This document shows positions 60,201 to 64,000 of a stretch of 64,000 nt of DNA, piece by piece (position 1 is the first letter of the stretch; every line of letters starts with the position of its first letter). The position numbers were made by a program, and so were the translations under genes. The notes under the pieces were generated by a model. The model was not told the DNA's origin. It was given only the letters and a program-made list of their open reading frames with translations, and did no database searches. The stretch is from Giardia intestinalis (Eukaryota), in the NCBI GenBank assembly GCA_000002435.2, contig CM018791.1; one strand, 5' to 3'.

Positions 60201-61764
60201 AGATGTCAATGGGACCACGGCGCTAATCATAGCGTGTGAGAACTCCTTTATAGAGGCCGTTACCTTGCTTCTAAAAGAAATCAATATACACAAACTGGAT
60301 GGATCTAGTCCAAGGTCAGTTGCACTTGCACGTAATCATTTCGAGTTAGGGAGGCTTCTCCCGAAAAAGCCCTTGCTGGACTCTTTTGGATGCACTCAGC
60401 TGATGCTTGCAATTGAGGCAGGAGACGAGACACTTGCTTTGACCCCACAGATGCTTTCCTTAGAGGGCTTTCAGGACTACGATGGCAAAACCGCCCTTAT
60501 GTACGCTGCCGAGAAAAATATGTGCTCGGTAGTTGAAGCTCTTGTGGGCGTGGAGTGCAAAGTTATGGATTACAGCGGAAAGACCGCCGCAGTTCATGCC
60601 TATTTGACAGGCTCTTTGGAGTCGCTGGCCATTCTTATCAGGTTTGAGGCTCTTCATTACCTCAATAATTCAACACAAACCATCTTTATGCAGGCAGTTG
60701 TGGCCCGGAACATAGAAGTTATACACATTGTTGGGCCATATGAGGCAGGATACCAACTGGAGGATGGAACCACCGCACTGTCACTTGCGAGAACCCTCAG
60801 TGAGAAGTCATGCGAACGGCTCCTCGAAGCTGTACTCCAGTATGAAGCTGGTAATACAGCTCCGCGGGCAACTAGTTTATTAGGACAAAGAGCAGATAGA
60901 GAAAAGATCATCTCTTTCGGCAGTAGTCATAGAGTAGGAACCCCGGAGATAGAGGAGCCGGGGCGAGATAATGATGGAAATACAGCACTAATTCGGTTAG
61001 TTCGCAGCAATTCCAAGGCGGACATCTCTCCCTTGCTGCATCAAGCCGGTCTTGTGAACCGAAAAGGAATGAGCGCTCTAATGTTTGCTGCAGAACTAAA
61101 CAATGTTTCCGCTGCACGACTTTTAGCTGAAAAAGAAGCAGGCTACACTGTAGTTTCACATATAAGCACGCCGTTCATTTTGTCCAATGCAACGGCACTC
61201 CATATTGCTGCTATTCGTGGCAACACAGAAATTGTACAGATTTTGGTGGAGCAGGAAGCAGGGATGGTGGATTATCGGAAAAGATCAGCACTGATGCTAG
61301 CCGCGTACTTCGGCCATCTCTCTGTTGTTCAATTGTTGCTTGGTAGAGAGAAGGCACTTCAGGACTCCAGTGGCCGCACTGCCCTGTTTTACGCGATTGA
61401 GAGTAACAAGGTGCGCATAGTTCAGGAGCTCTTACCGCATGAGGCGACTTTGGTGACAACCGCGGATTATATGGCTGGCCCCGGTTTCACTGCTCTTATG
61501 GATGCAGCTAGGCTGGGTAATATCGCCGCTATCAAGCTGCTTATGGCTAAAGAAGGTGGAATGACACAGCCACAAGAGGCTGGGACACACTCTAATTGGA
61601 CCGCACTAGTCTGGGCATCTTCTCACGGCCAACGAGAGGCCGTTCTCGAGCTTGCACCCTTAGAGTTAGAGATCTGTAGTCAACTGGCCTTTTACTATGC
61701 TCAAGATGCATCGATAACTGACTTACTAACAGAGCTCAGAAGCGCCTTTTCCTCACGTTCTTAA
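57229..61764 (+). CDS. Giant ankyrin-repeat protein (21.1-like, 1511 aa).
   Basis: A ~250-aa non-repeat N-terminus is followed by more than 30 ankyrin units (TALMVAIRNRSSLAAKVL...). Confidence 0.8.
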   Translation: MQTDSSTGCEVGVACNALPDATYYLINLNQLPSGDAELTLFRANKLSVRKSYGFLDFSYTLINKESDLLIARKSPLISSSPFWDYLFDSQFRFQSCSLLFWHAFIFLLRVIRWASSQGPRHNVWLDFLNSALHGNVFDYLIVLDTGILVLDTPNLLLACLKSGTSTIKRISDETTPIVLEATLVWALGSYFSTTIPELFNNLDPCYSSLSGYTAYQPIDVSMQKLSSLADKIANGENSFPAAQILKDPIVRRMEILVDRLCLICRSDRGFTQLMTAAKENNENELKKFIYQSNLTSSTPLGLTALMVAIRNRSSLAAKVLVPYEACSIDSAGSTALMYSVQNKLYDGAEALASLECGIRNKENKTAIYLAYEQHDHKMLEILAPWENHLVYDNGKTLLMIASSQNNISAVNILLKYEAGVSDRSGHMASRYALLNGHREVFNALLPAEQSIMKRFSCTPLMIAVAQNDVKQVSIELNVYPRRKFKGITALMIAVLMNSKEEILEMLEAKEARMVNTKGQTALMLAVQRNLIPYVTRLAPLEAGIFDKRGHTALMYAIQAKNIAAVKILICYETGLVNPYTGATAHHMIKSISETEQDIALAQELTQTVGRYETFNRDAYGNTPLIHAVIANNKGLLQEYACQAKLRNFHGRTALHFAVELGNFEVAQELLELGAGGLQDYSGVTALMIAATNGQTDLLDLLLSHEAGETRRVTTAGKSALILALENGHTSAASTLAIYESGIVDEAGAFAAKIAAMKGYTNVFTQLYEQEKNLLYNDGFTHLMLAAIRNDIKTLRQNMQTDARTALPGSGMSALMLATIHGNQEACRLLLSVESCMVNSEGKTALMLAAERDLCSIVKMLSSIEAGLRDYRGTSALMIAAMRGHPENVAELMRYEAGIANNAKQTAASLAYWSNHKQIFCMLAQAELSIRDARGNTELMKAVMNKDIKQATAMVHLAGCKNFNGETALMIAVKERFYDGVVLLADLESSIQDVNGTTALIIACENSFIEAVTLLLKEINIHKLDGSSPRSVALARNHFELGRLLPKKPLLDSFGCTQLMLAIEAGDETLALTPQMLSLEGFQDYDGKTALMYAAEKNMCSVVEALVGVECKVMDYSGKTAAVHAYLTGSLESLAILIRFEALHYLNNSTQTIFMQAVVARNIEVIHIVGPYEAGYQLEDGTTALSLARTLSEKSCERLLEAVLQYEAGNTAPRATSLLGQRADREKIISFGSSHRVGTPEIEEPGRDNDGNTALIRLVRSNSKADISPLLHQAGLVNRKGMSALMFAAELNNVSAARLLAEKEAGYTVVSHISTPFILSNATALHIAAIRGNTEIVQILVEQEAGMVDYRKRSALMLAAYFGHLSVVQLLLGREKALQDSSGRTALFYAIESNKVRIVQELLPHEATLVTTADYMAGPGFTALMDAARLGNIAAIKLLMAKEGGMTQPQEAGTHSNWTALVWASSHGQREAVLELAPLELEICSQLAFYYAQDASITDLLTELRSAFSSRS

Positions 61765-62199
61765 ATGAATTACGATGACAAGCTGGTTAATGACATGCCA
61801 TCCCAGTACTTTCCGACAGATCCGTCGGGGCGGAAGAAGATTCTGAGGAAGCGCATAACTGGAGATGCCGTTAAATTCGATGAGGGTGCCCTCCAATCCT
61901 TCGTTACGGGTGGTCACAAGCGCAAAGAAGAAAGGCGAAGAAAAGCACAGCAAGAGATAAGGAGTAAGAAGCTTGAAGAAAAGCGTATGAAACGACGCGA
62001 AAAAGAAGCCACTAAGCGAGCAGAAATCCGTAAAACGAAGGCATTGGTGGAAAGTAACATTTACCTAAAGAAGACCGTAGAGGAGCTTAGAACCATTCAA
62101 AAAGAGCGGATGGGTGGCGAGAGCCAACAAACTGCTGAGGAGCGCAGCTTTGTGTCACCAGATGGAACGTGCATTAAAGCTGTTATCAAGAGCCTATAG
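61765..62199 (+). CDS. Nucleolar protein 12 / Rrp17-like (Nop25 family) rRNA-processing protein.
   Basis: KFDEGALQSFVTGGHKRKEERRRKAQQEI matches the NOL12 N-terminal motif [28 protein letters not shown]. The tail is basic and coiled. The ATG directly abuts the stop of the previous gene. Confidence 0.55.
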   Translation: MNYDDKLVNDMPSQYFPTDPSGRKKILRKRITGDAVKFDEGALQSFVTGGHKRKEERRRKAQQEIRSKKLEEKRMKRREKEATKRAEIRKTKALVESNIYLKKTVEELRTIQKERMGGESQQTAEERSFVSPDGTCIKAVIKSL

Positions 62200-62204
62200 T
62201 ACTT

Positions 62205-62624
62205 TTAGTAAAGCCTTGCCAACTCTGACTCTGTTGACGAGCACCGGCCGGCGTCAATCTCATCAGAGATCACAGGTCGTATTTTTTGTGTTGAGTCAAG
62301 GGATAAAACGTCTTTACTCAGTAAATCGTCGAGCGCTGAAGCAATCTTATCTGCAGTGTCCTTTGCCTCGGAAGCTGAGGGTTGGTGCTCTGATGGTGTA
62401 ACTGGTTCAATTGGTAGATCTAGGTACGAAAAGTTGTGTTGAGCCCATGCAGGCCCGTCACTGGGACCCGTGGGAATTGTAGCCAAATCTATCTCGAGCA
62501 TCCGGTCAGAAGATGTATCTAGCATGTATAGATGCTCAAGTGAGACGGTAGAGCTATCGTTAGGACTTTGAGACAAAGAGGATAACGGGCCAGCAATTTT
62601 GCGCATTGGCTCTTGGTGGTTCAT
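62205..62624 (-). CDS. Small acidic, Ser-rich hypothetical protein (139 aa). It may instead be a frameshifted tail of the ankyrin gene.
   Basis: Its ATG overlaps the stop codon of the ankyrin gene at 62621 (ATGA). There is no domain, and the composition is low-complexity. Confidence 0.3.
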   Translation of the reverse strand: MNHQEPMRKIAGPLSSLSQSPNDSSTVSLEHLYMLDTSSDRMLEIDLATIPTGPSDGPAWAQHNFSYLDLPIEPVTPSEHQPSASEAKDTADKIASALDDLLSKDVLSLDSTQKIRPVISDEIDAGRCSSTESELARLY

Positions 62625-64000
62625 TTTTCAGAGGCCTCAGTATTCATAATATCTGGGTCGTCAGCCCCATCGACCGTGATGATGCGATCAATATCTTCGT
62701 TTTGATTAGAGCCGCTTTGATCGCACATAGCAGAGAGCTCTTGACTTCGTAACAAATTTGATAGCTCCGCAAGGGTTTCCTGGGGCACACTCTTTCTGGT
62801 CCGTATCTCGTTTATGATATGCGCTTTACAGAAGCTGTACTCGTGAGGGAGAAGTAACTTCACGCAGTCAATGTGGCCACTAACAATAGCATAGTAAAGA
62901 GCAGGGTACTTCTTGCTCTTGAGCATTCCCTTTTCATACTCAATGAGTTGCCTTACTATGTCACTGTGTCCATTCTTTGCTGCGCACATCAGTGCTGTCC
63001 AGCCATCATCAGCTGTAAGACGTACCTCATCAAGAAGATACTCTACGCAATCTCCATATCCATAAGCTGCAGCGTACATCAGCGCCGACCACCCATCGTG
63101 TTTTTGAATGTGTGACTCGTGTGCAGATAGTACTCGAACAACATCAACCCTCCCAAGAGCTGCTGCGGCCATGAGCGCTGTGCGCCCTTCTGTCTTTTCA
63201 CACATTTTCGCCTCTTTGCAGACAAGCTTCTGAACTATTTCATGATGTCCCAGTGCGGCAGCGATCATCATGGCCGTAACTTCCGTCCAGAGAAGATTTG
63301 TCACCTTGTATTTCTTTGCAACAATCCCCCCTTCTCTATTCACTAGCAAACTTGCTGCCTCAACATTATTATTTGCCGCTGCAAGCATCAGGGACGTCAA
63401 TCCAGCGGAGTTTAGTTCCCTGGCAAGATGACAATACCGCTGAAGATCAGTGCTATTATTTTCCAGAACAGCACGATGAAGCTGTGTGTTTCCGCGGTTA
63501 TCTCTGACAGTGATCGGAGGAAGATCATCGTAGCAGTCCACCAGATGGTGCTCCTCTGCAAGGGCCCGAGGAGTTAAACCGTCGGATTTTCTATATATGT
63601 GTGCCTCGTCCTTCAGAAGGTGAACACAGTACCTGCAGCCAAACTCACACGCGTAGAGCAAAGCAGTCATTCCACGTGCATCCACCATCTTAATATATTG
63701 GTTTCTAAAGTTAAAGACAGAGGAAATGTCTCCCGTCTTTGCGGCGAGCATCAGAGGGGTCGTACGCAAGGAGTCTGAGGCGCTCCGCAACTGCTCTGCT
63801 GCTCGTACGTAATTATCATTTGCGTCCTTTTCACTGGCAAGCAAGATATTAGCTATTTTGTAATGTCCATTCATAATCGCATAACTTGTTGCGTTAAAGC
63901 GTCCCGCATGCATTCCAGACTCTCGTTGAAGTAACTCCATTACCACCTCTTCATACCCATTCGATGCTGCATACATAAGCGCAGTCTTATCTTCTGAATC
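62621..64000 (-). CDS. Ankyrin-repeat protein (21.1-like), 5'-partial. It continues beyond the window end.
   Basis: Ankyrin units throughout. The frame remains open to base 64000 (...DSEDKTALMYAASNGYEE). Confidence 0.75.
   Translation of the reverse strand, partial: DSEDKTALMYAASNGYEEVVMELLQRESGMHAGRFNATSYAIMNGHYKIANILLASEKDANDNYVRAAEQLRSASDSLRTTPLMLAAKTGDISSVFNFRNQYIKMVDARGMTALLYACEFGCRYCVHLLKDEAHIYRKSDGLTPRALAEEHHLVDCYDDLPPITVRDNRGNTQLHRAVLENNSTDLQRYCHLARELNSAGLTSLMLAAANNNVEAASLLVNREGGIVAKKYKVTNLLWTEVTAMMIAAALGHHEIVQKLVCKEAKMCEKTEGRTALMAAAALGRVDVVRVLSAHESHIQKHDGWSALMYAAAYGYGDCVEYLLDEVRLTADDGWTALMCAAKNGHSDIVRQLIEYEKGMLKSKKYPALYYAIVSGHIDCVKLLLPHEYSFCKAHIINEIRTRKSVPQETLAELSNLLRSQELSAMCDQSGSNQNEDIDRIITVDGADDPDIMNTEASEK

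Overview
This window is a gene-dense, apparently intronless eukaryotic nuclear segment, and I read it as Giardia (diplomonad) on direct sequence evidence. The two cysteine-rich surface-protein genes have a signal peptide, many CXXC motifs, a GGCY motif, a C-terminal TM helix and ...CRGKA / ...GRRKA tails. Both are followed by the extended VSP polyadenylation motif ACTYAGRTAGTRAAY (42552-42566 '+'; 34399-34413 '-'). AGTRAAY signals sit just after other stop codons, at about 10653 after eL27 and about 26925 after AspAT. There are six 'Protein 21.1'-type ankyrin-repeat genes and NEK-like kinases. Intergenic spacers are extremely short: 0-30 bp, with several overlaps.

Most of the window is AT-richer housekeeping, cytoskeletal and flagellar genes. 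These include a Ser/Thr kinase, eL27, IFT57, TTLL, AspAT, a ZNF598/Hel2-like E3 ligase, proteasome beta2, a MORN protein, an EFM7/METTL13-like methyltransferase, beta-COP, BUB3, a cis-prenyltransferase and GTP-PEPCK.

Embedded at about 32.9-43.1 kb is a sharply GC-rich VSP island of roughly 10 kb, which is the most unusual structure in the window. Two inverted repeat arms of about 1 kb and about 97% identity (32975-33962 and 39462-40440) flank a 5.5 kb segment. That segment carries a minus-strand VSP gene with a non-canonical GRRKA tail and a 3.2 kb ORF-less, very GC-rich block. The right arm abuts a plus-strand VSP gene built from seven perfectly identical 228-bp (76-aa) tandem repeats. The island's right edge coincides with an N-terminally truncated NEK-like kinase-ankyrin gene.

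Other points of interest: a protein with a textbook CCT/NF-YA-like basic motif, an unlisted-looking PHO80-type cyclin ORF, a roadblock-like small ORF, and multiple overlapping or abutting gene pairs. All calls are from reading the sequence; no database search was run.
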